Positions 17,997 through 26,570 of a stretch of DNA of 64,000 nt are shown one piece after another (the first letter of the stretch is position 1; the number at the start of each line of letters is the position of its first letter). The notes under the pieces are model-generated. The model saw nothing but the letters and a program-made list of their open reading frames with translations, made no database searches and was not told the DNA's origin. The DNA is from an uncultured virus (IMG/VR IMGVR_UViG_3300047440_000469) (lineage: Duplodnaviria; Heunggongvirae; Uroviricota; Caudoviricetes). The position numbers and the translations under genes are program-made. The stretch lies in the IMG/VR virus record IMGVR_UViG_3300047440_000469; one strand, 5' to 3'.

Positions 17997-18392
17997 ATGC
18001 ACAACGGACATCCGCACCCGGTCGACGTGCATGTCGGACGGATGATCCGCGCCGAACGCATCGCTCAGGGCATGTCGCAGACGCAACTCGGCGAGCGGAT
18101 CGGCGTCGCATTTCAGCAAGTGCAAAAATACGAGAAAGGCGTGAACCGCGTGAGTTGTTCGACGCTGGTCAAGACCGCCGAGGCGCTCGGCATCGCGCCC
18201 GAATTCCTGCTCCCGACCCACAAAGGACAACGGCCGCAGGATCCGGAAATCATGCGCCTGATCACGCTGCCCGGCGCCACCAAGCTGTTGCGCGCCTTCG
18301 CGCAACTCGATTCGCACTGCCAGGGCGCGGTCGTCATTTCAATGCTGGCATTTGCGGATGCGCTGGCTGATCGGATTGGTCGCGCGGCATAG
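17997..18392 (+). CDS. XRE-family HTH regulator
   Basis: PVDVHVGRMIR...MSQTQLGERIGVAFQQVQKYEKGVNRVS. Confidence 0.9.
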   Translation: MHNGHPHPVDVHVGRMIRAERIAQGMSQTQLGERIGVAFQQVQKYEKGVNRVSCSTLVKTAEALGIAPEFLLPTHKGQRPQDPEIMRLITLPGATKLLRAFAQLDSHCQGAVVISMLAFADALADRIGRAA

Positions 18393-18471
18393 GGCGCGAC
18401 CGGAGCCCGGCGGCCCATTCCCCAAAGCCCCCCGCGCGCGGCCGCCGGGCTCACATATACGAGAAGACAGC

Positions 18472-18861
18472 ATGAAGCTGAAAGTGATGGTCAACAAGCA
18501 CGAGGACCCGGACCCGGGCAATCTCATCATGTTGGGCGATCATGTCAGCGGAATCATTCTCCGCGTGCTGCAGACGCACGGCATTGAAATCGACGTGGAC
18601 GTGCTTTCAGTCACGCTTATTCCGGACGATGGACAGGACGCACCCTTGAAACGGCGCCAGATCATCGGCCGCACCCGCCTCCTCGCGGCCATGGAGCGCG
18701 CGGGCTGGATACAGACCGTCGCCGCCCGGCTGCTGGGACTGACACCGCGACAGGTCGGCCACGCACTGAAGCATCACAAGATCACAAAAAGGGGGCTCAG
18801 TCCGCGCCGCTCACCCAAAGACGGCACGGAGTCCGCCGAACATTTCCGGACACTGCGATGA
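18472..18861 (+). CDS. Small protein with a NifA-like Fis-type HTH
   Basis: LLAAMERAGWIQTVAARLLGLTPRQVGHALKHH; no AAA+ domain. Confidence 0.75.
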   Translation: MKLKVMVNKHEDPDPGNLIMLGDHVSGIILRVLQTHGIEIDVDVLSVTLIPDDGQDAPLKRRQIIGRTRLLAAMERAGWIQTVAARLLGLTPRQVGHALKHHKITKRGLSPRRSPKDGTESAEHFRTLR

Positions 18862-19259
18862 AAGCCTACCTCGTCGACCCGGAGCGCCATCACATCGAGG
18901 AAATCGACCTGCCCGACGATGCGAAAGAGCGCCTCGCCGAGATGCGCCGGCTGATCGGCGCCGAGGGCGGCCTCGACCACACGACCATCAGCGATGAGCA
19001 CGACCAGATATGGCTCGATGACCTTGGCCTCACGCGCGGCCGCTGCTGGGGATGGAAGCTGCAGGGCATGCGTGAGCCGCTTGCAGGCAAAGGCATTGTG
19101 ATCGGTGTCGACGACGCCGGCCGCACGCGCCCGCCCTTCGTGCCGTTGCAATGGATCATCCGCGACGCCGTCTGGCTCGATGAGATCATCCCCGAACTAA
19201 CGCACGTCAAAACAGAATACGGCCATCGCATCGTCGTGACATACACGAGGGCAAATTAA
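18858..19259 (+). CDS. Hypothetical phage protein (DUF3846-like)
   Basis: MKAYLVDP...IWLDDLGL...PLAGKGIVIG. Confidence 0.65.
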   Translation: MKAYLVDPERHHIEEIDLPDDAKERLAEMRRLIGAEGGLDHTTISDEHDQIWLDDLGLTRGRCWGWKLQGMREPLAGKGIVIGVDDAGRTRPPFVPLQWIIRDAVWLDEIIPELTHVKTEYGHRIVVTYTRAN

Positions 19260-19260
19260 A

Positions 19261-19872
19261 ATGCCGATGTTATATGACCAGTCGTGGGGAAAGACCGGGC
19301 GCCGCTGCGGCGAATGCTCGTTGTGTTGCAAGTTGGTGCCGATTGAGCGCGAGGATCACCCGGAGCAACGCTGGCCCACCGCAATCGTCGCTCTCGGCAT
19401 CAGAGATGCCGTACCGGAATTCGACAAGCCGGCGGGCCAACGCTGCAAGTACCAGCGCCGCACCGGATGCCGGATCTATGAGCGGCGGCCGTTCTCATGT
19501 CAGATTTGGACCTGCCGGTGGCTTGCCAACCAAGACACCGCCGAGCTTTCACGACCCGACCGGTCGCACTACGTCCTCGATATCAGCCCCTATGAGATCG
19601 TCGTCACCTTGGCCGGTGAGCGGACGCCCGTCGAAGTGGTGCAGGTATGGGTCGATCCGAACTATCCGGATGCGCACAAGGATCCCGCGCTGCGCGCCTA
19701 TCTCGATCGCCAGAAGCTGCCGGGACTCGTTCGCTACGGCAACGGCGCCGACGCCGATTTCATACTGAGCCCGCCGTCGCGATCCAATAGCGGCCAATGG
19801 TTAGAGATCAGAGCGAACGTCACCAAGATATCGGACAGCGACCACGCGCAATTGCTGCGCAGCCTGGCGTGA
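19261..19872 (+). CDS. CxxCxxCC (YkgJ-like) metal-cluster protein
   Basis: CGECSLCC, CKY...GCRIYERRPFSCQIWTC. Confidence 0.78.
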   Translation: MPMLYDQSWGKTGRRCGECSLCCKLVPIEREDHPEQRWPTAIVALGIRDAVPEFDKPAGQRCKYQRRTGCRIYERRPFSCQIWTCRWLANQDTAELSRPDRSHYVLDISPYEIVVTLAGERTPVEVVQVWVDPNYPDAHKDPALRAYLDRQKLPGLVRYGNGADADFILSPPSRSNSGQWLEIRANVTKISDSDHAQLLRSLA

Positions 19873-19884
19873 GGTTTTGCGGCG

Positions 19885-20235
19885 ATGTTCGACCTCAAGC
19901 GACCTTGCGAAAATTGCCCGTTCAAGAGAGGCCACGGCGAAAACTTTCTGCTCGGCCGCGAGCGCGTGCGCCAGATCGTCGAGGCGACCGCTTTCCAGTG
20001 CCACAAAACGCTCGTTTTCGACTACGACGAGGATGGCCTGGAGACCCGTTCGCAGGGAGAGCACCCGCAGCAATGCGCCAGCCTGATGGCCCTGTTGCAG
20101 CGGGAAGGCCAGCCGAACCAGATCATGCAGGTTGCGCAGCGCCTGATCGGCTTTAACGCCGGCCAGATCGAATGCAAGCGAGGTCTACGGCAGCATCGCC
20201 GAGGCCATCGCAGCACACACACACGAAGGAGGTGA
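19885..20235 (+). CDS. Cys-rich hypothetical phage protein, possibly frameshifted near its C-terminus
   Basis: PCENCPF, FQCHK, QQCA. Confidence 0.65.
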   Translation: MFDLKRPCENCPFKRGHGENFLLGRERVRQIVEATAFQCHKTLVFDYDEDGLETRSQGEHPQQCASLMALLQREGQPNQIMQVAQRLIGFNAGQIECKRGLRQHRRGHRSTHTRRR

Positions 20236-20342
20236 GAGCAAAAGGGAGAAAAAGGAGCCGATAGACCACTAACCTTTTAAGCGGGCCGACCTCGGTGCAG
20301 GAAACACCGAAGCCAGCCCTAACCCCAAACATGGAGTAAGCC

Positions 20343-20603
20343 ATGTCCGAGGCTGTCGCAAAACCTATCACAAGTCCGATTGTCGTCACCGCCGGAGAAC
20401 TCACACAATTGGCGGTACGGTTAAAGACCATGGCGCTCGCCCACGATGCCCACCCAGACATCATATTGGCGGCCCGCATCGTCAAGCGCATGGTCACGAA
20501 CAGCGAGGTCATCACCAGTGTCTCGCTGCCGCCGCTCATTACCGCGAGCCGTGACAGCGACCTGCCCGCCGTAAGTCATTCGAGCTCGCAGGCCTCTTCG
20601 TAA
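20343..20603 (+). CDS. Hypothetical protein
   Basis: GGAG SD; followed by a terminator. Confidence 0.6.
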   Translation: MSEAVAKPITSPIVVTAGELTQLAVRLKTMALAHDAHPDIILAARIVKRMVTNSEVITSVSLPPLITASRDSDLPAVSHSSSQASS

Positions 20604-20669
20604 TCCCTGGCCGGACCTTGGAACCCGGCCAGAGGCCAGGGACCTCCCCACGGCCGGGTTCCTTTTTTT
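20604..20669 (+). terminator. Intrinsic terminator with competing upstream pairings
   Basis: GGAACCCGGCC/GGCCGGGTTCC plus T7; alternative pairings with 20604-20614. Confidence 0.7.
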
Positions 20670-20679
20670 GGTGACACCG

Positions 20680-20880
20680 ATGACCGTCAAATTGACCGCG
20701 GTAGAATTCGCCCAGCAGCAAGGCGTTAACGTCAGGAGCTTTCGCGCGAAATTGCGCAAGGAATACCCACAGCACCCGAAAGGCGATCCATGGGCCGTGG
20801 ACACCGGCAGCGAGGAATATGCCCGCTGGCTCGCGCTGGCGGTCGCGCTGCAAACCTGGTGGGGCACCCATGGCCATTGA
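20680..20880 (+). CDS. Small hypothetical DNA-binding-like protein
   Basis: TAVEFAQQQGVNVRSFRAKLRK. Confidence 0.55.
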   Translation: MTVKLTAVEFAQQQGVNVRSFRAKLRKEYPQHPKGDPWAVDTGSEEYARWLALAVALQTWWGTHGH

Positions 20881-21409
20881 TCCCGCCGCACACATCGACC
20901 CGCAGGCCCGCGTCGGCGACGACGTGACCATCGGCGCCGGCACCAGCGTCTGGCAATTCGCCTCGGTCATCCGCCGCGCGCGCATCGGCGCCGATTGCCG
21001 GATTGCCGCGACCGCCCTGGTCGACGGCGGCGTGGTCGGCAACCGCTGCAAGATCGGATTCGGCGCAGCCGTCGGGCCGGGAATCCATCTTGGCGACGAC
21101 GTGTTCGTCGGGCCGCGCGCCCTGTTCTGCAATGACGCATGGCCGAGCGCCGACCGTACCGGCTTCGATATGCAAGCCCTCCTCGACGGTGGCGTCGTGG
21201 TGATGGTGCACAACGGCGCCGTCATCTGCGCGGGCGCCATCATCCTGCCCGGCGTAACGATCGGTGCCGGCGCCATGGTCGCGGCCGGCGCCGTAGCGCG
21301 GCGCGACGTTCCCGCCGGCAGGTTGCTCCACCGCGACGGCAGGCTCGTCGAGGTCGACCTGCAACGTGATCCGCAACGCATGAGGATGGCGCCATGCAAC
21401 AATTCGTAA
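20870..21409 (+). CDS. Left-handed beta-helix acyltransferase (WbpD/FdtC-like sugar acetyltransferase)
   Basis: Hexapeptide repeats; VFVGPRALFCND; ILPGVTIGAGAMVAAGAVARRDVP. Confidence 0.88.
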   Translation: MAIDPAAHIDPQARVGDDVTIGAGTSVWQFASVIRRARIGADCRIAATALVDGGVVGNRCKIGFGAAVGPGIHLGDDVFVGPRALFCNDAWPSADRTGFDMQALLDGGVVVMVHNGAVICAGAIILPGVTIGAGAMVAAGAVARRDVPAGRLLHRDGRLVEVDLQRDPQRMRMAPCNNS

Positions 21410-21475
21410 CGATTTGTTGGGTGACAGGACGCCCAGCCGCAAGCGATGCCTTTAAGGCAGGCGAAGGGGAACCGC

Positions 21476-21733
21476 ATGAGCAAGCCGGATGCGGCGTTGA
21501 TGCTCGCTCAAAGAATCCTGGCCGAAAGCAACGATCTGGAAAGCGAGCTCGTGGTGCTGGCGCGTGGCGTAATACGCCACCATGCGGCCAGCACGGCGGT
21601 ACAGGCCGCCCTGGTGCAATCACTTTCGATGGAAACGCATTACATTCGACTGCTGACCGGTTCGCCGGCCAATGCCGTCGCGTCGCCGCTTGCGCTTGCG
21701 GAAGACTGCCCCCCAAGGCATGCCCGACGGTAA
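21476..21733 (+). CDS. Hypothetical protein
   Basis: Purine-rich SD; helical ORF. Confidence 0.5.
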   Translation: MSKPDAALMLAQRILAESNDLESELVVLARGVIRHHAASTAVQAALVQSLSMETHYIRLLTGSPANAVASPLALAEDCPPRHARR

Positions 21734-21767
21734 GACCGCAGCGCGCCCATGGCCGAGGGCGCGCAAC

Positions 21768-22118
21768 ATGACATGCTATTTTTATGACCTCGACGTCGGC
21801 GCAAAGGTGCTCACCGACGATAAAGGCATCGAGCTCGCCAGCGACAGCGAGGCAATCATTCACGCTATCGAGGTGATACGCGAATTAACGTGGGCGCGGG
21901 CCGATGAAACGCGGCGCTGGCGGCTGATTACGAGACGCAAACCCGCGGTGCGGTTTGTTCTGCCTTTCGGGTTGGTAGAACGCTATGACCTGGGGAGATT
22001 CGCCCAGGCCTGCTGCGACATGCGCACTGCTGTTAGCAGCGGCGGGACACTGATTGAAGAGATTCGGGCGACGCTCGAGCGTAGCAACCGCATACTATCG
22101 GGGGATTTTCGCAAGTGA
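21768..22118 (+). CDS. DUF6894-like small protein
   Basis: YFYDLDVG...DDKGIELAS..EA. Confidence 0.65.
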   Translation: MTCYFYDLDVGAKVLTDDKGIELASDSEAIIHAIEVIRELTWARADETRRWRLITRRKPAVRFVLPFGLVERYDLGRFAQACCDMRTAVSSGGTLIEEIRATLERSNRILSGDFRK

Positions 22119-22840
22119 GCAGCCTGCTGGCGCGCCTGTCGCCGCGTGCGGCGAACCTGATCCGGCGATATGCAGGAAGGGCGACTCTGTGCGACGGCGA
22201 GCCAATCGCCGACTGCGTCGCGTTTCCGTCGTCGGGCATGGTGTCGATTCATGTGCCCGGCGCGCAGGTCGAGGTCGGCGCCGTCGGACACGAAGGCTGC
22301 ATAATCTGCGGCAAGTCCTTTGCCGCCTCGGCGGTCGCCAGGACAAAAACCACTGTTGTTGTCGTGCCGAACGGCGCTTTTCGCGAAGCCATGGCGGAAG
22401 ACGCCGAGATCGCGCGCATGGCGTTTTTCTCCTACCGGTGGATCCTGCGTCAGGCGCAGCAGATCGCCGTCTGCAACACCACGCACAGCGCGCCGCAACG
22501 CTTTGCGCGATGGCTGCTGCGAGCAAGCGACGCCGTCGCCAGCAACAACGTCGAGGTGACGCAGGACACCGTCGCCGAAGGCCTCGGCATCCAACGGACA
22601 ACCGCGTCAATCATTATTCGCGAAATGACCTATCTAGGCTTCATCCGGCATTCACGCGGCCGCCTCGTGGTGCGCGACCGCGAAGCCCTCAAGACCGCGA
22701 CATGCAATTGCTATGATGCCCTCGCGCAGTCCAACTGGCCTTCTGAGATCCTCAAATCGGGCATGCCCGCCAAGGCCGTCGATCGCGGCGCAGCCCCCTT
22801 GTGGCAGGAGCTCGGCGACCTCGTCGAATGGCCGAAATGA
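22115..22840 (+). CDS. Crp/Fnr-family regulator
   Basis: VAFPSSGMVS, VGHEG, QRFARWLL, TQDTVAEGLGIQRTT, CNCY. Confidence 0.88.
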   Translation: MSSLLARLSPRAANLIRRYAGRATLCDGEPIADCVAFPSSGMVSIHVPGAQVEVGAVGHEGCIICGKSFAASAVARTKTTVVVVPNGAFREAMAEDAEIARMAFFSYRWILRQAQQIAVCNTTHSAPQRFARWLLRASDAVASNNVEVTQDTVAEGLGIQRTTASIIIREMTYLGFIRHSRGRLVVRDREALKTATCNCYDALAQSNWPSEILKSGMPAKAVDRGAAPLWQELGDLVEWPK

Positions 22841-23067
22841 GCGAACGTACCGCATATCTCGCAATGGCAAAACAACGTGCGCACCAGCGCGTCAAGCGCG
22901 GCGACCTCACAGGCGCGGCCGAATCGATGATGGGCGACCTTGGCAGGTATGATGGCTGTGACGGATGGCAGGGCGATAAGCTGTTTTTAAAGTTTGCTTA
23001 TATGAACGCGATCTTGTTTCGCACCACACCAGCCAGAATGCGCGAGTGGATCGAGGCATGGGGCTGA
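22837..23067 (+). CDS. Hypothetical protein
   Basis: ATGA coupling. Confidence 0.6.
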   Translation: MSERTAYLAMAKQRAHQRVKRGDLTGAAESMMGDLGRYDGCDGWQGDKLFLKFAYMNAILFRTTPARMREWIEAWG

Positions 23068-23069
23068 CC

Positions 23070-23432
23070 ATGCAAGGCACGATGCTGATCTATACGGCCG
23101 ATGACGGCGTCGACGATCCGCCAGAGATCAGACAACTGACGGCGCCGCCAACCGGGCAGGAACTGCACGAGTTCGTCGGCGGCTATTTGGAAGTGGTGCC
23201 GTATTTCTGGTCGATCCGCAATGCGGATGGCCTCCATCGATGCGCCGCCTTTTGCAATGAAGACGGCCAGCGCCTCGGCATGCCGATCAACCGGCGAGGC
23301 ACCTTGCTATGGGAGGCCGCGGCCGAACGCCAGGGTCTGCTATTGCGCGACGAACATGGCAACTATCGCACCACACTGCTCGGGCCGGTCGTGATCGTGT
23401 TCGGCGACCGTAAACTGATGGCGGCGCTCTAG
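23070..23432 (+). CDS. DUF3846-like protein
   Basis: LHEFVGGYLEVV...FCNEDG...PINRRGT...GPVVIV. Confidence 0.72.
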   Translation: MQGTMLIYTADDGVDDPPEIRQLTAPPTGQELHEFVGGYLEVVPYFWSIRNADGLHRCAAFCNEDGQRLGMPINRRGTLLWEAAAERQGLLLRDEHGNYRTTLLGPVVIVFGDRKLMAAL

Positions 23433-23753
23433 ATGAAGACTTATTACGGCTATCGCGACGCCGACAATATCCCCAAGGTCACGATGGAGATGATCGTCGG
23501 CCGGCCGCTCGATCCGCGGCTTGATCTCGACAATCACAGCCCCACCGGTTTCGAATGGGGCTATGCGGGATCCGGCCCGGCGCAATTGGCGCTTGCGCTC
23601 CTTGCCGACGCGCTGGGCGATGATGAGCGGGCCCTCAGATTTCATCAGTCTTTCAAGTTTCTGGTCGTTGCGAGGTTGCCGAAAGCGGGGCCATGGACGC
23701 TCACATCGGTCGAAATACGGGACATTGTAAAACGATTTGAGGCCGAGGAATGA
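23433..23753 (+). CDS. DUF6166-like protein
   Basis: HSPTGFEWGYAGSGPAQLALALLAD. Confidence 0.78.
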   Translation: MKTYYGYRDADNIPKVTMEMIVGRPLDPRLDLDNHSPTGFEWGYAGSGPAQLALALLADALGDDERALRFHQSFKFLVVARLPKAGPWTLTSVEIRDIVKRFEAEE

Positions 23754-23759
23754 GCTGAC

Positions 23760-23830
23760 AAAAAAAAGGCCCTCCCCGCGAAAGGGGAGGGCCAAGTCGG
23801 GAGGAACCGTTAAGCCGGCGTTGCCGGGCT
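23760..23830 (-). ncRNA. suhB/MmgR-like small RNA, also the terminator of the late operon
   Basis: Minus strand: hairpin AGCCCGGC-AAC-GCCGGCT, then TTCCTCCCGACTT, then GGCCCTCCCC/GGGGAGGGCC and T8. Confidence 0.55.
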
Positions 23831-24004
23831 TCAATGGCGAGGCGGCGCCAACGGGCACAAGTCCCGGATCACCTGCAGTTCGATCACGCGATCATCGTGG
23901 GCAATGGCGGCGGCGTCATCGATGCCGCGGCACTTCTGGGCGCGGCGCTCATGCCAGCGCATGAGCAGCAGCAGCTCCTCGTCGGTCAGCAGGTTGTTCG
24001 TCAT
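23831..24004 (-). CDS. Small hypothetical protein
   Basis: Last ORF before the terminator. Confidence 0.45.
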   Translation of the reverse strand: MTNNLLTDEELLLLMRWHERRAQKCRGIDDAAAIAHDDRVIELQVIRDLCPLAPPRH

Positions 24005-24091
24005 GGCGCTGCGATAGCGCGACGTCGCGACAGCGGCAAGACGGTCCGGAGCGGTTCGCCGGTAGTGGCGGCGCCCGGTCCAGAACACCCC

Positions 24092-24490
24092 CTACTTGCC
24101 CCGCTGTTTCTTGTTGAGATGATCCAGCAGCACCTTGCCGCCGCCGCCCATGTGGCAGCCCTGGCACGCCGCGAGGCGGTCCTCGACGATGATGAAGCGG
24201 CCGCTCAGCGCCGCCAGCGTGGTCTCGAAGGCGCCGATGCGGCGGTCCTGCTCGATGTCCCGGGCCTGGATGGCTTCGAGGCGCCCCGCCATGGACACCA
24301 CCTCGCGGCTGCCGTGCGAGTCGATGTCGCTGATGCGCTGGTCCTGGGTGCGCTGCTCCATCCTGATGTTGGCGACGTCGGTCTCGGTGACCGCCTGGCG
24401 CTGGGCGCCGATGATGATCACCGTGACGCCCCCGACCAGGGCGCTGATGATCGATGGCCCCCAGGCGCGGATAAGGCCGTTCGCCTCCAT
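24092..24490 (-). CDS. Single-TM coiled-coil protein of the lysis region
   Basis: N-terminal TM IISALVGGVTVIIIG followed by heptads. Confidence 0.6.
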   Translation of the reverse strand: MEANGLIRAWGPSIISALVGGVTVIIIGAQRQAVTETDVANIRMEQRTQDQRISDIDSHGSREVVSMAGRLEAIQARDIEQDRRIGAFETTLAALSGRFIIVEDRLAACQGCHMGGGGKVLLDHLNKKQRGK

Positions 24491-24504
24491 GCCAATCGGG
24501 CGGG

Positions 24505-24939
24505 TCACTTCTTGCCGCCCAGCGCCTGCGCCAGCAGGTAGAACCCGATGGCCGCGTAGACCAGATACCACATGTGATCATCGAGCTTGTCGGTCGTGAA
24601 GGCGCCGCACGTGCCCGGGGCGGTGTCGCCCGAGCAGCCAACCATCGACCCGATCACCTTGTCCCAGACGATCAGCTTCCACAGCACGATGATGGCCGGG
24701 AGCGCCAGGAGACCGCGGAAGCGCGCATTCCAGATGCCGGCCGGCGTCGCCGCCTCGGCAATCAGCACGGCCTGGCGCGACTGCAGGGCGCTGATGCGCT
24801 CCTGGGTCTCGATGCGTTCCTGTTCGGTCTTGGCGTCGATCAGCTTCAGACGCTCGTTGGCGATGGCCTTGGTGATCCCGTCCACGGTGCCCAGCACCGC
24901 CGGCACGATACCAAGCAATGAAAGCAGGCCGCTCAGCAT
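24505..24939 (-). CDS. Three-TM holin-like protein
   Basis: Three hydrophobic segments; LIVWDKV; in the lysis region. Confidence 0.6.
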   Translation of the reverse strand: MLSGLLSLLGIVPAVLGTVDGITKAIANERLKLIDAKTEQERIETQERISALQSRQAVLIAEAATPAGIWNARFRGLLALPAIIVLWKLIVWDKVIGSMVGCSGDTAPGTCGAFTTDKLDDHMWYLVYAAIGFYLLAQALGGKK

Positions 24940-24940
24940 G

Positions 24941-25171
24941 TCAGGGATCCTTTGAAGGTGGCGGCAGCGGCTCGCTGGCGGTGAACACGGTATCGATCAG
25001 TCCGAGCATGAATTCATCGGCCGATGTTTCCCAACGCCGGCCGCGCGGATTGAACCGCGAGCGCTGCCACCATGTTTCGCGATTGCGCTCGTACCAGCGG
25101 CGCACTTCGGCCGCGATGCGATCGGCGCGTTCGGTTGGCTCCTCGATCATCTTGGTGTGCCGCCTATCCAC
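24941..25171 (-). CDS. Hypothetical protein
   Basis: Fills the operon gap, Trp/Arg-rich. Confidence 0.45.
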   Translation of the reverse strand: MDRRHTKMIEEPTERADRIAAEVRRWYERNRETWWQRSRFNPRGRRWETSADEFMLGLIDTVFTASEPLPPPSKDP

Positions 25172-25376
25172 CCGGCCGTTTGAAGATGACGGCGCGCACG
25201 ATTGCGTCCTTGGCTTCCAAGAGCTTCTGCAGCCCGATGGTGCGCTGCTCGCTCGGCGGATAAGTCACGGCGATCGATGTCGCCAGCTCGCCGAACGGCC
25301 GGCTCACGCGCGCCAGCTCCGCCGGCAGATGCTCGGTCGAGAAGAATTGCAGGATCGGATCGGCGAGATCGTCCAT
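25164..25376 (-). CDS. Small helical-hairpin phage protein, possibly Acb2/Tad1-like
   Basis: ILQFFSTEHLP...SRPFGELA...EQRTIGLQKLLEAKDAIVRA. Confidence 0.7.
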   Translation of the reverse strand: MDDLADPILQFFSTEHLPAELARVSRPFGELATSIAVTYPPSEQRTIGLQKLLEAKDAIVRAVIFKRPGG

Positions 25377-25377
25377 G

Positions 25378-25770
25378 TCACGACGCCTTGCCGGGCGCCG
25401 ACATGCTGCCAGGCGCCGAGGTGACGTGGCGCAACCACTCGAACACCGCGCCGGTGGCGATCAGGAACAAGCCGAACATCGGCGCCCGCAGGTCCGCCGG
25501 CACGAACGTCAGGGCGTTCATTATCTGCGTCGTGAACGGCGTCCAGTCGAAGCCCTGGGTCGCCAGGTAATCGTGAATGGCGGTGATGACGCCGAGCACC
25601 CAATAGCCGCGGGCGATCAGGATGGTGCGACTCGACGCCCACAGCCAATCCTCGACCGCGTGCCATTGCGCGAATGTCGCTGGCCATTGCGCGACCAGCC
25701 ATTCGCGCAGCCACAGAATGTAGAACCACACCGCCACGATCGCGATGCCGGCGAGAATGAACAGGTTCAT
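25378..25770 (-). CDS. Membrane protein, holin candidate
   Basis: Three TM segments; ATGA-coupled to the endolysin. Confidence 0.65.
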   Translation of the reverse strand: MNLFILAGIAIVAVWFYILWLREWLVAQWPATFAQWHAVEDWLWASSRTILIARGYWVLGVITAIHDYLATQGFDWTPFTTQIMNALTFVPADLRAPMFGLFLIATGAVFEWLRHVTSAPGSMSAPGKAS

Positions 25771-26570
25771 GTTGTTTTGCTCCGTGAGACAAGAAACCAG
25801 ATGACGGCCCCCAGCACGATCGCGGCGATGACGATCGCCATGATGCTGGCCCCGCCGAGTCCCGCATCGGCCGCAGCCTTGCCGGCGGCGGCGCCGGCCA
25901 CCACAATCGCACCGCCAGCCGCGGCCTTGCCGGCTGCGGCCGGCTTGACGATGACCGTCGGCGCCGCGGCCTCGCGCGCAAAGACGATGGTGCGATCGAG
26001 TTCGGCGAGGACGCGCAGGAACGGCGCGGTGCCGTATTGCTTGTCGACGACATCCTCGATTGGGCCGTGGTCGACGCACACTTTCCCGCCGGGGCCCGTG
26101 GGCGGATCGTAGATCGAGCAGCACGACCAGTTGTAGGGCGTCGGCCGGCCCGCATTCGCATACTTGAAGCCGTTGTAGCCTTCGAGCACATGCAGGGCGC
26201 GCTCGATCGTCCAGCGCGCCACCTTGTCGAGGCCCTGGTACTTGATGGAATCGATTGCCGACTCCCGCCAGCGAAATGGCGGCGGATGCCCTACCTTCGG
26301 CCGTCCGGCCGGGACGTTCTTCGTGTAATCGGATAATCGGTCGCCGTTGTGCAGGTGGCGGGTGCCGAGAAACTCGATGCCGCCCTCGCGCATGTCGATG
26401 ACGGCGACGAGCCACCACGGCACCCCGGTCAATTGCTCGACGTCCGCATAGATCGCCTTCTTGGCGAGCACCTTGCGCGCGTCGCGCTCCATCTCGGCGC
26501 GCGCGCGGGTGATCGTCATGGCGTCCCAGGCGTGCGCCAGGTAGGCGATGCGGGTCTTGTCAAAGTTCAT
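25767..26570 (-). CDS. Endolysin (lysozyme-like family) with C-terminal membrane anchor
   Basis: TGVPWWLVAVIDMRE, LHNGD, VPAGRP, LEGYNGFKY, PYNWS. Confidence 0.8.
   Translation of the reverse strand: MNFDKTRIAYLAHAWDAMTITRARAEMERDARKVLAKKAIYADVEQLTGVPWWLVAVIDMREGGIEFLGTRHLHNGDRLSDYTKNVPAGRPKVGHPPPFRWRESAIDSIKYQGLDKVARWTIERALHVLEGYNGFKYANAGRPTPYNWSCCSIYDPPTGPGGKVCVDHGPIEDVVDKQYGTAPFLRVLAELDRTIVFAREAAAPTVIVKPAAAGKAAAGGAIVVAGAAAGKAAADAGLGGASIMAIVIAAIVLGAVIWFLVSRSKTT

Noticed and set aside
20165..20272. Programmed frameshift at the end of the 19885 ORF (alternate frame EVYGSIAEAIAAH looks more protein-like)
   Set aside because: No slippery site; a single-base indel from mutation or sequencing explains it better.
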